Source: an uncultured Chthonomonadaceae bacterium
Lineage (GTDB): Bacteria > Armatimonadota > Chthonomonadetes > Chthonomonadales > Chthonomonadaceae
Assembly (NCBI GenBank): GCA_963817895.1
Contig: CAWFQB010000005.1
Coordinates: forward strand, 480,001-544,000
Direction: 5' to 3'
DNA length: 64,000 bases
Numbering within the stretch: the stretch's first letter is position 1; every line of letters begins with the position of its first letter. The position numbers and the translations under genes are program-made. Positions 1 to 10,663 of the stretch are shown here, piece after piece. A model generated the notes under the pieces. It did not search any database and was not told the DNA's origin. It saw only the letters and a list, made by a program, of their open reading frames with translations.

Positions 1-101
1 CCCATCGGTCGCAATTCGAAATATTTGTGAATTTGCGCACAATCTATTATACGCCTATCCGTCTGCTTCCGTGTCAAACCTTGAAGTAAAGCGATGACCT
101 T

Positions 102-1151
102 TCAGGCTTTCACAGTGGCAAGACGCGGCAATTTGTTTTCCAGGTTCAGGAATAGTTCGTCGCGCAGGGGAACGTCACTGGCTTCCAGCGCGATCAGGGC
201 GGCTCCCACGGCAAGCGACACGCGGGCGGGCGCAATCGTGGCGTTGGGCGCGACCTGCTTGACCATTTCGCGGAACGTCCGCAAAACGGCTCGCCCCGCC
301 CGAAACACGCCCCCGACTGTGCCGACCACAACCGGCTCCTGCTCCATGTTGAGTTTGCGCAGGACGGCCTGCGCGCTCAAGGCCAGTTCTTTCCCGGCCT
401 CGCGCAGAATTTTTCGGGCGGTTTTGTCGCCCTGCGCGGCGGCGCGGCTGACGATTTCGGCCATGTTGGTAATCTCGGAAGCGTTCAGCGTTTCCGACAG
501 AACCGCGCGCTGCAATTGCCCTAAATCGGTCATTTCCAGATGCTTGAGCAGCAGGGTTTCCAGGAGGGTGGGCGGTTCCACGCCGTCATGGGCGCGGCAG
601 CAGGCGTTCAGGGCGCGGCAGGCAAGCCAGTACCCGCTTCCTTCATTGCCGAGCAGCGTTCCCCATCCGCCGCATTGCGCTTGCTCACCCTGTCCATTGA
701 GTCCGTATGCGATAGCCCCGGTTCCCGCGCGCACAACGACGCCCGGACGCCCGAACGTGACGGCATACAGAGCGAGGCGCGAACCGCTTTCAAAGATCAG
801 GCGCGAAGTCGGGAGAACGCTCTGGCAGGCAGAGGACAGAAAATCGTTGCGCTCTTCCTCGTTCAACAGTAAGTTTGTTCGACTGTATGTGTGGGAAAAT
901 CCGAGACAGGTTGCGGTGATGCGCGCGTTTTCCAGATCGGCCATGCGGATTGCGCCCTGCGTGGCGTCCGTCAGAGCGCGTTGGATACGCGCGGTATCGG
1001 GCATATCCTTTGTTTCGCGGTCCGAGTCGCGCGTATCTCCGCCCGCCCGCATCGCGTTGCCGTGACCGATGCCGAGGACACAGCCCGTTTCATCGGTGAT
1101 AACGGCTGTTGTCGTTGCAGTTCCCCCCTCGATTCCCAGAACATAGCGCAT
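102..1151 (-). CDS. BadF/BadG/BcrA/BcrD-type ATPase (N-acetylglucosamine kinase-like)
   Basis: N-terminal VLGIEGGTATT phosphate loop; AGTGAIAYG and GGWGTLLGNEGSGYW motifs; start placed at ATG 1151 (MRYVLG). Confidence 0.8.
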   Translation of the reverse strand: MRYVLGIEGGTATTTAVITDETGCVLGIGHGNAMRAGGDTRDSDRETKDMPDTARIQRALTDATQGAIRMADLENARITATCLGFSHTYSRTNLLLNEEERNDFLSSACQSVLPTSRLIFESGSRLALYAVTFGRPGVVVRAGTGAIAYGLNGQGEQAQCGGWGTLLGNEGSGYWLACRALNACCRAHDGVEPPTLLETLLLKHLEMTDLGQLQRAVLSETLNASEITNMAEIVSRAAAQGDKTARKILREAGKELALSAQAVLRKLNMEQEPVVVGTVGGVFRAGRAVLRTFREMVKQVAPNATIAPARVSLAVGAALIALEASDVPLRDELFLNLENKLPRLATVKA

Positions 1152-1342
1152 TACCGGCTGGCTCCAAATAGCAATTAGTATTTGCCAGTTCTCCACGCGG
1201 GCGCGGGATTCCTGCTTTGGCGAAGAAAACGGGCGGAATTCAAAAATTAGACACGGAAGGCGGCTCAAACTACAGCGCGAGATGCCTTGAAATTGAAACG
1301 CCGTTGGGAGGGATACGGGCGGAATTTGCGGAATAATGGGGT

Positions 1343-1873
1343 ATGAAAATACAAACATCGCGATTGTGGCTGGTTCCCGCTACGGCGGAACTTGTGGGTC
1401 TGGAAATCAGCAGCCGGGAAGCGTTCGGGCAGGCGCTCGGGGCGGACATTCCCGCAAACTGGCCGCCGGAATTGGTGGCGGACGCGCTGCCCTGGTTCCT
1501 CCGGCAATTGGAAGCGGACTCGCGCTTGTCCGGCTGGCTCTGCTGGTACGGCGTGGAGGGGAAGGGTGAGAACGGTAAACCGGTGTTGGTGGCAAGCGGC
1601 GGCTTTTTCGGCCCGCCGCAGGAGGGGACTGTCGAGGTGGGCTACTCGACCCTGCCGCAGTTTCAGGGACGGGGCTATGCGACTGAAATGGTGGAGGGAT
1701 TGATAAATTGGGCGCTCTCGCAATCCATGCTACGGCGTGTCGTTGCGGAAGCGAGTTCGTCAAACAGTGCCTCGCTGCGCGTGCTGGAAAAACTCGGCTT
1801 CGCGCAAAGCGGCATCGGACGCGAACCGGACAGCCTTCAGTTTGAGCGAACCTCTATCGCGCAGGAAAGATGA
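1343..1873 (+). CDS. GNAT N-acetyltransferase, RimJ/RimL type
   Basis: IQTSRLWL start, VEVGY, FQGRGYATE acetyl-CoA loop, N-x-ASLRVLEKLGF. Confidence 0.85.
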   Translation: MKIQTSRLWLVPATAELVGLEISSREAFGQALGADIPANWPPELVADALPWFLRQLEADSRLSGWLCWYGVEGKGENGKPVLVASGGFFGPPQEGTVEVGYSTLPQFQGRGYATEMVEGLINWALSQSMLRRVVAEASSSNSASLRVLEKLGFAQSGIGREPDSLQFERTSIAQER

Positions 1874-1889
1874 ACCACAGGGTTCTCTG

Positions 1890-4800
1890 TCACAGCAGAT
1901 GCGTCGCCTGTTCCCAGGGCAGAGCGCTGCCCTCCTCCCAGGCAATAGTGAAGGCCGCTTCGCCCAGGGCGGAACGCGCTTGCTCCAGATACTGATCACG
2001 CGCTTTTCGTTTGTTGTCAGGCAGTGGGAAGCCCAGCGTTTCACGCAGCATTTCCGCCGCTCCCCATAGCTGTACGGCTTTCCCAGGTTCGGCCTGGATC
2101 AGCAATACAATCGCCAGGTCTTCCAGACTTGCCACAACGGCGGGTTTATCGTCCGGCCTTTGCAGAAGGCGCAGTCTCCTGGTATACAATGCCCGCGCTG
2201 AAGCGTAGTCGGCCTGACTTTTGGCGATGTCCCCCAGGTTGCCCAACGCCTGAGCGATCCCGCGCCTGTCCCCCAGTTCCTGAAATAGGTTCATGCTCTC
2301 TTCAATGCAAGCCCGCGCCGCTTCCCATTCGCCCGCATTGTTCAGCGCATTGCCCCTGTTGCCGAGCGACCGGGCGATCCCCTGCTTATCCCCCAATTCC
2401 CTGAAGAGGCTCAAACTCTCCTCGATACAAGTCCGCTCCAAAACAGGATCGTCTTGATTTGATGCCACGTTGCCCATGTTCAAAAGCGCGCGCGCCATGC
2501 CAAGTCTGTCCTCCAGAAACCTGGCAATGCTCAGGCTCTCCTCGAAGCAATTTTGTGCCGCCGCGTAATCCCCCTGTTGTCGCAGCACAATGCCCGTATT
2601 GCTCAACGCGAGCGCAATGCCGGCCCGGTCGTCCAGTTTTCTTTTGAGCGTCAGACTCTCCTCATACAACGTCAGCGCCGAACCAATCTCGCCAACCGCA
2701 AGAGCGATATTGCCCAGGTTGCCCAGCGGGTTGGCGATGCCCGGGGTATCTTCCCGCTCCCTTGCGATGCTCAGGCTCTCCTCGAATAACGCGCGCGCCG
2801 CGCCGTAATCGCCCTGATCATAGGCCAGCGCCCCGGCTCCGTTCAACGCCTGCGCCCGCGCCAACGTTCTCTCTTGCGCGTCCTCCCGCTCCAGCGCGCC
2901 GCGCAGATACCCCCGGCCCTCACTATAGATGCCGCGCACATACCAGAACCGCCACAACGCGCTCACCAGTCGCAATTCTGCCTTTGCCCCCGGCCTGTCT
3001 GGGGCGCTCCATGCCAGCGCCGCCCGCAGATTGTCGTATTCCCGATCCAGCCGATGCAGCCAGTGTTTCTGGCCGCCGCCTTTCAGATGCAGCGCAGCCT
3101 CCTCCGCCAGCAGCAGAAACCAGTCCCGATGTCTGTCCCGGACCTTTTCCTCTTCATTGCGCGCGCGCAGTTTCTCCGCCGCGTACTGCCGAACCGTTTC
3201 CAGCAAACGGTAACGCCCGCCGCTATTCTCTTCCGGTTCCTCAAACGTGACCAGCGACTTGTCTACCAGCCCCGTGAGCAGGTTCAGTATCTGTTCCGCC
3301 TCCATACCTCCTCCGCTGCCTGTTTGCTCCGCGGCTTCCAGCGTCCAGCCCCCCGCGAAGACGGACAATCGCCCCAGCAGCGCGCGCTCCGCTTCCGACA
3401 GCAGCGTGTACGACCAGTCCAGCGTTGTTCGTAGAGTCTGCTGCCGCGATTGCGCCGCGCGATTTCCCACCGTCAGAAGCCCCAGGCGGGAGTTCAGGCG
3501 GGCCGCGATTTGTTCTACTGTCAGCGACCGGACACGCGCCGCCGCCAACTCGATAGCAAGGGGAATGCCTTCCAGTTGAAAGCATATCTGCGCTACAGTC
3601 ATGGCGTTGCCTGGCACGAGAGCAAAGTCTTTCTGGCCGGCTTGCGCGCGTTCGACGAAGAGCTGAACACTCTCACAGGCTCCCAATACTTGCGTCAGGG
3701 CGGCATCTCCCTCCTGCAACTGTTTTGGATCCGGCACGGCCAGGGAAGGCACCTGCCAGACGGTTTCGCCCATGATGCTCAGGGCTTCCCGGCTTGTGGC
3801 GAGGATACGAACGCGCGCGCACTCCTGCAAGAGGTGTCCAACCACTTGAGCGCACGATGTCAGGAGATGTTCGCAGTTATCCAGCACCAGCAGCAGCCGC
3901 TTCGCGCGCAGATGATCGGTCAGGCTTGCCAGCAGGGAACGTTCCGGTTCCTCCCGCAGCCCCAATATGGAGGCAATCTGCGTCACAACCTGACTGCCTT
4001 CGGAGAGGGTTTCCAGGGCCACGAGCCACACGCCATCCGGGTAGGCGGTCCCGTCCTGAACGCTTTCACCGGCGACTTCGATAGCGAGCCGGGTTTTGCC
4101 GATGCCGCCTGATCCGGTCAGCGTCACCAGACGGGACCCGCGCAGTTTTGCCGCCACCTCACCGCGCTCCACTGCGCGTCCAATCAGATTGGTAAGGGGA
4201 AAGGGGAGATAGCCACTGACGGCGGGAACTCCGGCTTCATTGCCAACAGGTTCCCGCGCCAAAACAGCAGCCTGAGCCTGAGTTTGAGCCGGAGAATGAA
4301 ATTGAGACTGCGATTGTTGACGCGCTTCGGTTCGCAGGCGCGCGTAAAGCGCGCTCGTCTCCTCATCGGGAACAGCGTTGGGATCGCCGCGAAGCTGTTC
4401 AACAAACTCCCGATAAACCTGCATCGCGGCGTTGCGATCCCCACTTTTTGCCAGCGCCTCCATCCATCCGCGCCGCGCCGCCTCCGTCCAGGGATCCAGG
4501 CTGATGGCCCGCCGATAGAAAGCAATCGCGGCGGCATAGTCGCCTGCCGTCAAAGCCCTATCTGCCAGCGTTTGCAGCGCGCGCAGACAGTCTTGTTCGC
4601 GCGCATTGCGCTCCTGCCCGATCCACTCCTCGGCGCAATCTTCCAGCAGCGGCCCGCGATACAACTCCACCGCCTGTTTGAGCGCGTCCGGCTTCTGGCT
4701 GCGAATCGCGGCATCAAAGGCGAGGATGTCCACATTCGCGTCCGCCAGGTTCAGGGACAGGGTATGGCGTCCGGGCGATTGCAGCCGGACGCCCTGATCT

Positions 4801-5060
4801 CCCAGCGCGCCGCGCAATTCGCTTAAATTCGCCCGCAGGTTCGTGAAGGCGCGACCTGTGTCCGTATCGGGCCACAGAGTTCCGGCCAGCCATTCCCGCT
4901 CCACAGCCCGCCCATGCCGCAAGGTGAGCAGCGCCAGCAGCCAGAGCGCTTTGCGCGATCTCAAACGCGGCAGGGGCAGGCCATGCGCCAACACCTGCAT
5001 CGGTCCGAAAAGATGGATGGTGAGCGAAGGCGAGGCGACAGCGGAAGGTGTGACGGCCAT
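1890..5060 (-). CDS. AfsR/SARP-family regulator: wHTH-BTAD-NB-ARC(STAND)-TPR
   Basis: LFGPMQV/LWP wHTH, LYRGPLLE BTAD, Walker A GSGGIGKT, LLVLDNCEH, GIPLAIELAA, C-terminal TPR repeats. Confidence 0.88.
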   Translation of the reverse strand: MAVTPSAVASPSLTIHLFGPMQVLAHGLPLPRLRSRKALWLLALLTLRHGRAVEREWLAGTLWPDTDTGRAFTNLRANLSELRGALGDQGVRLQSPGRHTLSLNLADANVDILAFDAAIRSQKPDALKQAVELYRGPLLEDCAEEWIGQERNAREQDCLRALQTLADRALTAGDYAAAIAFYRRAISLDPWTEAARRGWMEALAKSGDRNAAMQVYREFVEQLRGDPNAVPDEETSALYARLRTEARQQSQSQFHSPAQTQAQAAVLAREPVGNEAGVPAVSGYLPFPLTNLIGRAVERGEVAAKLRGSRLVTLTGSGGIGKTRLAIEVAGESVQDGTAYPDGVWLVALETLSEGSQVVTQIASILGLREEPERSLLASLTDHLRAKRLLLVLDNCEHLLTSCAQVVGHLLQECARVRILATSREALSIMGETVWQVPSLAVPDPKQLQEGDAALTQVLGACESVQLFVERAQAGQKDFALVPGNAMTVAQICFQLEGIPLAIELAAARVRSLTVEQIAARLNSRLGLLTVGNRAAQSRQQTLRTTLDWSYTLLSEAERALLGRLSVFAGGWTLEAAEQTGSGGGMEAEQILNLLTGLVDKSLVTFEEPEENSGGRYRLLETVRQYAAEKLRARNEEEKVRDRHRDWFLLLAEEAALHLKGGGQKHWLHRLDREYDNLRAALAWSAPDRPGAKAELRLVSALWRFWYVRGIYSEGRGYLRGALEREDAQERTLARAQALNGAGALAYDQGDYGAARALFEESLSIAREREDTPGIANPLGNLGNIALAVGEIGSALTLYEESLTLKRKLDDRAGIALALSNTGIVLRQQGDYAAAQNCFEESLSIARFLEDRLGMARALLNMGNVASNQDDPVLERTCIEESLSLFRELGDKQGIARSLGNRGNALNNAGEWEAARACIEESMNLFQELGDRRGIAQALGNLGDIAKSQADYASARALYTRRLRLLQRPDDKPAVVASLEDLAIVLLIQAEPGKAVQLWGAAEMLRETLGFPLPDNKRKARDQYLEQARSALGEAAFTIAWEEGSALPWEQATHLL

Positions 5061-5268
5061 TGCGATTTTCTCCCAACATGGGCATCGTTCCCAAAAATTG
5101 GGCGCGCAAAACAGTATTAGCGGCGGCGGAACGTTTTTCCTCCCAAAAGAATTACGTTGCGGCTAACAGGGGCGGGGCATACTTGCTCAGGTCTGAAGCG
5201 ACAAGTAAGACCGAACCAACAAGTTTACTGCAAGTTTGCTGCTAGTTTTCTTTAAGAAAGGGAAACCC

Positions 5269-6076
5269 ATGAAGTTTCACATTCTCGCGGCCGCTCTCGC
5301 GGCGACCCTGGCTTCTTTCGGAGCCGCTGTTCCGGCCCCCGTCCTGCATCGGGCAGCGCAGGAGCAGAGCGCCAAACCGACCATTGTTCTCGTACACGGC
5401 GCGTTCGCGGATGGCACGGGCTGGCAGAGCATTATCCCGCTTCTGGAAAAAGACGGCTATCCAGTGATCGCCGCGCAGAACCCCCTTGCCTCGCTTGCCG
5501 GGGATGTCGCCACCACCAAACGTTTGATTGATGCCCAAAAGGGGCCGGTTGTGGTTGTCGGACACTCCTACGGCGGCGCGGTCATTACGGGAGCCGCCGC
5601 CGATAACCCCAACGTCAAGGCGCTGGTGTATCTGGCGGCCTTCGCTCCGGAGGCCGGGGAACCTCTCGGCGCGCCGGGCGAAAAGTACCCTGCCGCGCTT
5701 GGAAAGGCGCTTGTCCCCGACGCGGCAGGCTTCCTGACGGTTGACCGCGCCAAATTCCGGGCAGTCTTCTGCGCCGATGTGCCGGAAGAAGAGGCGCGGA
5801 TCATGGCCGCCACGCAGAAGCCGCTTGCCGGCGCGATCTTCGGCCAGTCGTATTCATACTCCGGCGTGGAAGACAATTCCCACCTGGTACCTCGTTTCTC
5901 AGGAAGATCAGGCCATCAACCCGGATCAGGAACGTTTCTTCGCCAAACGCATGGGAGCGCATACCTCGGAGATCAAGGCGAGCCATGTGGCCTTTATCTC
6001 CCATCCCAAAGAGGTCGTGGCGCTGATTGAAAAGGCGGCAGAGGCCACAGCCTCCACCACAAATACAAACAAGTGA
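5269..6076 (+). CDS. Secreted alpha/beta hydrolase (one indel near 5850-5865)
   Basis: Signal peptide, VLVHGAFADG, GHSYGG nucleophile elbow; C-terminus (PAWKTIPTWYL...ASHVAFISHP) continues in the frame ending at 6076. Confidence 0.8.
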
Positions 6077-6236
6077 ACAGGTTAGATTCGTATCCTTTTT
6101 CTTGTTGTTTTTGTACCAACAGTCGGCGGCAAAGGGGCCGCTGATTGTCGGGACGCCCACAAACCCCATACGCAAGCATTTTGGATACTTTCAGATACGC
6201 TTGCAAGTCGCACAGGAGATCTAACAGGAGATCACG

Positions 6237-7370
6237 ATGTCAACACTTTTTTCGCCGGTTCAGGTCGGCCCGTACACCCTGCCGCATCGCGTGGTGATGG
6301 CGCCCCTCACGCGCTCGCGCTCTGCGCAGCCCGGAGATATTCCCACAGACCTGATGGCCGAATACTATGCGCAGCGCGCGTCCGAACAGGGGTTGATTAT
6401 TGCCGAGGCGACTGCGGTGGCAATCAGCGGGCGTGGCTGGTTCGGCGCGCCCGGTATCTATTCGGATGACCATATTCCCCCCTGGAAGCGGATCACAACA
6501 GCCGTCCATGCCAGGGGCGGGCGCATGTTCTTGCAGCTCTGGCATGTGGGGCGGGTGTCCCATATCTCTATGACGAATGGGGCCGCGCCCGTCGCGCCTT
6601 CGGTTGTTCCCTTCGCGCAGGTGGTTGCCACTCCTGACGGATGGGTTCCGGTTTCGCCGCATCGGGCGCTTGCTATGGACGAGATTCCGGGCATCATCGG
6701 AGCGTATCGCCGGGGGGCGGAGCGGGCGATGGAAGCGGGGTTCGATGGGGTCGAACTGCACGGAGCCAACGGCTATCTCCCGGATCAGTTTCTTCAGGAC
6801 GGCAGCAACCGGCGAACCGACGCTTACGGCGGCCCGGTTGAAAACCGCGCCCGCTTTCTGCTGGAAATCATCGAGGCGCTGGCATCCGTGTGGGGCGGCA
6901 ACCGCGTGGGCGTAAGGCTCGCGCCGAGCGGCGTCTACAATGGGATGGCGGACAGCATCCCGAAAGTGACTTTTGGTTATGTCGCCGGACAGTTGAACCG
7001 GTTCGGCCTCGCGTACCTGCACGTCATCGAGCCGCGCATTAAAGGCTCGGAGGTTGTTGAGGAGGGCCAGCCGCCGATTGCTTCCATGCAACTGCGCAAG
7101 ATATTTACGGGCAACATCATCGCGGCGGGCGGCTTTGAACCCGCTTCAGCGGAAGCGATTGTAGCGAACGGCGATGCGGACATGGTTGCGTTCGGGCGGC
7201 ATTTCATCGCCAATCCCGATTTGCCGGGGCGCATAAAGTTTGGACTTCCGCTGAATACGTATGATCGCGCTACTTTCGATGGCGGCGATTATCATGGCTA
7301 CACGGATTACCCGTTCTACCGGGCCGCCGCCGCGCCTGATACGCCTGTAGTTCAGGCAACACTTGCCTGA
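6237..7370 (+). CDS. Old Yellow Enzyme alkene reductase (NemA-like)
   Basis: MAPLTRSR, QLWHVGRVSH, GFDGVELHGANGYL, FGRHFIANPDL. Confidence 0.92.
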   Translation: MSTLFSPVQVGPYTLPHRVVMAPLTRSRSAQPGDIPTDLMAEYYAQRASEQGLIIAEATAVAISGRGWFGAPGIYSDDHIPPWKRITTAVHARGGRMFLQLWHVGRVSHISMTNGAAPVAPSVVPFAQVVATPDGWVPVSPHRALAMDEIPGIIGAYRRGAERAMEAGFDGVELHGANGYLPDQFLQDGSNRRTDAYGGPVENRARFLLEIIEALASVWGGNRVGVRLAPSGVYNGMADSIPKVTFGYVAGQLNRFGLAYLHVIEPRIKGSEVVEEGQPPIASMQLRKIFTGNIIAAGGFEPASAEAIVANGDADMVAFGRHFIANPDLPGRIKFGLPLNTYDRATFDGGDYHGYTDYPFYRAAAAPDTPVVQATLA

Positions 7371-7462
7371 ACTACAGGGAAAACTTGGACGCGCCGACGC
7401 GAACAGGTGACATTTTCTGAAAACGCGACATCAAACAAACACAACTTAACAGGGAGAAGCAA

Positions 7463-8212
7463 ATGAAATTGACAGGCAATACGGTCTTTATTACCGGGGG
7501 CGGTTCGGGAATCGGGCGCGGCCTTGCGGAAGCTTTGCACACGGTTGGTAATCGGGTGATTATCTCAGGCCGACGGCAAAGCCACCTGGCGGAAACAATC
7601 CGGGCCAATCCGGGGATGCAGGCCATGGAACTGAACGTTGCGGATCCTGCGAGTATCGCAGCGGTTGCGGCGCGGCTGATTGCGGAACATCCGACCCTGA
7701 ATGTGTTGATTAACAATGCGGGTATCATGTCTGTGGACGATGCCGCGAACGCTGTCGCTGAAGATATGCTGATGGCGACGGTGACGACAAATCTGATGGG
7801 GCCGATCCGCATGATGTCCGCGTTGATCGAACACTTGAAGCGGCAGGAGGCAGCCACCATTATCAATGTTTCCTCCGTGTTGGGGCATGTGCCGATGGCT
7901 TCGGCGGCGGTCTACTCGTCCACAAAGGCGGCGATCCATTCGTATACGCAGTCGCTGCGGTACAGGCTTCGAGACAGTTCGGTAACAGTGTTGGAACTGA
8001 TCCCGCCCTGGGTGCAGACCGACCTGTTGAACAGCAGCAACGAACCCCGGGCGATGCCGCTCACCGAGTTTATCGCGGCAACCCTGCAATTGCTGGGAAC
8101 GGAGGCAGAGGAGATCGTGGTGGAGCAGGCCATGCGGGTCAGGAACAGCGCGGTTCCGGGGAACACGGCATTTGTGACGCAGTTCAATGATCAGGTGGAG
8201 AAACCGCATTAA
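7463..8212 (+). CDS. Short-chain dehydrogenase (DltE-like)
   Basis: TGGGSGIG, NNAG, YSSTK catalytic motif. Confidence 0.9.
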   Translation: MKLTGNTVFITGGGSGIGRGLAEALHTVGNRVIISGRRQSHLAETIRANPGMQAMELNVADPASIAAVAARLIAEHPTLNVLINNAGIMSVDDAANAVAEDMLMATVTTNLMGPIRMMSALIEHLKRQEAATIINVSSVLGHVPMASAAVYSSTKAAIHSYTQSLRYRLRDSSVTVLELIPPWVQTDLLNSSNEPRAMPLTEFIAATLQLLGTEAEEIVVEQAMRVRNSAVPGNTAFVTQFNDQVEKPH

Positions 8213-8277
8213 TTGGCTGTCGTATAACAGATGGGTTACGTTATAGACGTGGGCGGGCAGGCTATTGAGGCAAAACA

Positions 8278-8766
8278 ATGACCGATGATCTTCAATTGCG
8301 GGATGTGGCGGAAAGCGATCTCGCCACGTTTTTCGCGCAGCAATTGGACGAGGGCGCAAACGATATGGCCGCTTTCACGCGGAAAGACCCGGCAGACCGG
8401 GAAGCGTTTATGGCGCACTGGACGCGGATCAGGAGTAACACAACGGGGCGTATCCAGACGGTCGTTTTGCAGGGGCAGGTCGCGGGTTATGTCCTGTGCT
8501 ACGAACAGGACGGGGAAACCGAAGTCAGCTACTGGCTCGGCAGGGAATACTGGGGCCGGGGGCTTGCCACACGCGCGCTTGCCGCGTTTCTGCGTTCGGT
8601 ACAAGTTCGTCCGCTGTCCGCCCGCGCTGCTAAAGACAACCACGCTTCGCTGCGGGTTCTGGAAAAATGCGGGTTCGCGATCATCGGCGAGGATAAAGGC
8701 TTTTCCAATGCGCGCGGCAAAGAGGTCGAAGAATTCCTCTTGAAACTGGAGGCGAGTCAACTGTGA
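8278..8766 (+). CDS. GNAT N-acetyltransferase, RimJ/RimL type
   Basis: EVSYWLGREYWGRGLAT, DNHASLRVLEKCGF. Confidence 0.88.
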   Translation: MTDDLQLRDVAESDLATFFAQQLDEGANDMAAFTRKDPADREAFMAHWTRIRSNTTGRIQTVVLQGQVAGYVLCYEQDGETEVSYWLGREYWGRGLATRALAAFLRSVQVRPLSARAAKDNHASLRVLEKCGFAIIGEDKGFSNARGKEVEEFLLKLEASQL

Positions 8767-9547
8767 AAAAACGCCGTCGTTTTCCTTTTTTCTTCCTGTT
8801 GCTTGTTGGGCTGCTCATCGGTTGCGCAATCCCGGTTCGGCAGATTCGCCAACAGATGCGGCAAACACAGATCAACCAGCAGCTTGTACTTGCGGTACAC
8901 GCCCTTGACGTGTCCCAGGTTCAGGATTGTCTGCGCGCGGGAGCCGATCCCGATATGCTCCGGCAGATTCCTCAACCGCCAACACTCTGGCAGGTCTTCA
9001 TCCGCTTGTTCCACCCTTCGTCTCCACGATCCACGAAGTCAGGCGAACGGGTTCTGGCCGATGCTCTGGACAGCGCCTCACACTCTTCAAACCCGGAGCA
9101 ACAGCGACGCGGATGCCAGATTGCCCTCTTGCTGCTCCACTCCGGCGCAAACCCACAGGGCGACGTCTTTTCCCGTTGGGCGTCGCGACGTGGATGCGCG
9201 CTACGGAAGTGGCGCAGGCTCTGGTCGAACACGGCGCAGACGTGAATGTGGTGGATGGCGATGGGAACTGTCCCCTCCTCGGTGCGGCAGCGGATAAAAA
9301 CTCCCCGTTAGGATTGCTGTTGCTGGCGCATGGAGCCGACCCGAACGCGCGACGCAACAACTCTCGGAGGACGCCGTTGATGGAAGCGGCAACCAGCGGC
9401 AATACCGCTCTGGCGCGGGCGCTGCTGGAAAAGAGGGCCGACCGGACGTTAAAAGATGCCCGGGGCAAGACCGCGCTGGATTTCGCGCGGGAGTACAATC
9501 GGAGAAAGATTGTTGACCTCATCAAGCAGGCCGGCGCGAAAGAGTAA
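8763..9547 (+). CDS. Membrane-anchored ankyrin-repeat protein (indel near 9165-9180)
   Basis: N-terminal hydrophobic helix; ankyrin motifs LLLHSGANP, LVEHGADVN, TPLMEAA, GKTALDFA split over two frames. Confidence 0.72.
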
Positions 9548-9647
9548 AGGGAAATTTAGCAGGATTACCCGCATCAGCAACAATCCTACCTGCGTGGACT
9601 GTGACTGATGAAGACGTGTACCGCGCTGCGCGTGTCACCTGACGTGA

Positions 9648-10319
9648 TTACGCGCGTGTTTTGCGGCGGCGCAGGAAGCCTGCTGCGGTCATGGTCAGGC
9701 CGGTGAGCAGGGCAACGGAGCCGGGTTCGGGAACGGCGGCGGGATTGAGGGTGAACTTTGCGCCCGTACCGTCCTGAACGGAGATGAGCCTGCCATTGAG
9801 CGGGGTTCCGTCCGCCAGTGTGCCGTAGAGCGCATACTCGCTAAAGCCAGAAGGAAAGGAAACCACGAGCGTATCGGTCAGGCTGCCGAAGAAGTTGAGG
9901 GTACCGCTGTTGGCAGCGTTTAAATTACCGCCGATGCTGCCGCCGGAGATGGTGACGACGCTGCTTTCGAAAGCCGTCAGACCGTCGATGCTGCCGCCGG
10001 AGACGCTGACCACGCTGGTGTTGTAAGTGAACAGGCTGCCGCTGACGCTGCCGCCGGAGACGCTGACCCTGCTGTTGTTGAGAACATCCAGGTCGCCGCT
10101 GACGCTGCCGCCGCTGACGAGGCTGACGGTAGGACTGGCAGGATTGGTTGAGGTGAGGTAATCATTAAACGTGCCATAGCCCACAACGGCGTCTCCGTTG
10201 ACCGCGTAGTTGATGGTGGCGTCGGTGGCATAGAACCCCTGCGCGCGGGCGTTTGTTGTGGCAAGAGCGGCGAGCGCGGCAAGGGCAAAGGTGTGACGGA
10301 CAAGAGAACGGGTTTGCAT
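9648..10319 (-). CDS. PEP-CTERM sorting-domain protein with four ~20-aa SGGS repeats
   Basis: Signal peptide; C-terminal VPEPGSVALL-TM-RRRK; internal ~60-bp tandem repeats at about 9925-10130. Confidence 0.88.
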   Translation of the reverse strand: MQTRSLVRHTFALAALAALATTNARAQGFYATDATINYAVNGDAVVGYGTFNDYLTSTNPASPTVSLVSGGSVSGDLDVLNNSRVSVSGGSVSGSLFTYNTSVVSVSGGSIDGLTAFESSVVTISGGSIGGNLNAANSGTLNFFGSLTDTLVVSFPSGFSEYALYGTLADGTPLNGRLISVQDGTGAKFTLNPAAVPEPGSVALLTGLTMTAAGFLRRRKTRA

Positions 10320-10389
10320 AATGAATGATCCTTCTGTTGAGGCAATGCAAATGCTTTCAAGAGTCTAAAAGCGACCTGAAACAGTATAA

Positions 10390-10405
10390 TGCAAGATTTA
10401 TGCCA
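10390..10405 (-). promoter_or_regulatory. Sigma-54 (-24/-12) promoter of the PEP-CTERM gene
   Basis: Minus strand TGGCATAAATCTTGCA = GG-N10-GC, about 70 bp upstream of the ATG at 10319. Confidence 0.7.
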
Positions 10406-10663
10406 AACAGCCCGCTTTCATCCTTTTTGCGTGAGATCGCTACATTATTGAGAAGAAAATAAAACCGAAGCGTGTGGCAGAGACACAGACCGCAGGAACC
10501 GAAGTTCTGCGGTCTGTTTAGCGCAAAGCGCGCTGCCTTCGCACAGAGAAACGTTTACGCGGACTGGCTGGCACTCTTGCGGCGGCGCAGTAGGGCGGCC
10601 CATGCCGGTGAGGAGAGCGACGCAGGCTTGTATCACGCCACTAATCAGGGCAGCGCTACCGTT

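Noticed and set aside
5110..5185. SARP-type repeats upstream of the hydrolase operon
   Set aside because: Candidate TAGCG/GAACG/TTACG/TAACA words are degenerate and not on a consistent 11-bp period.
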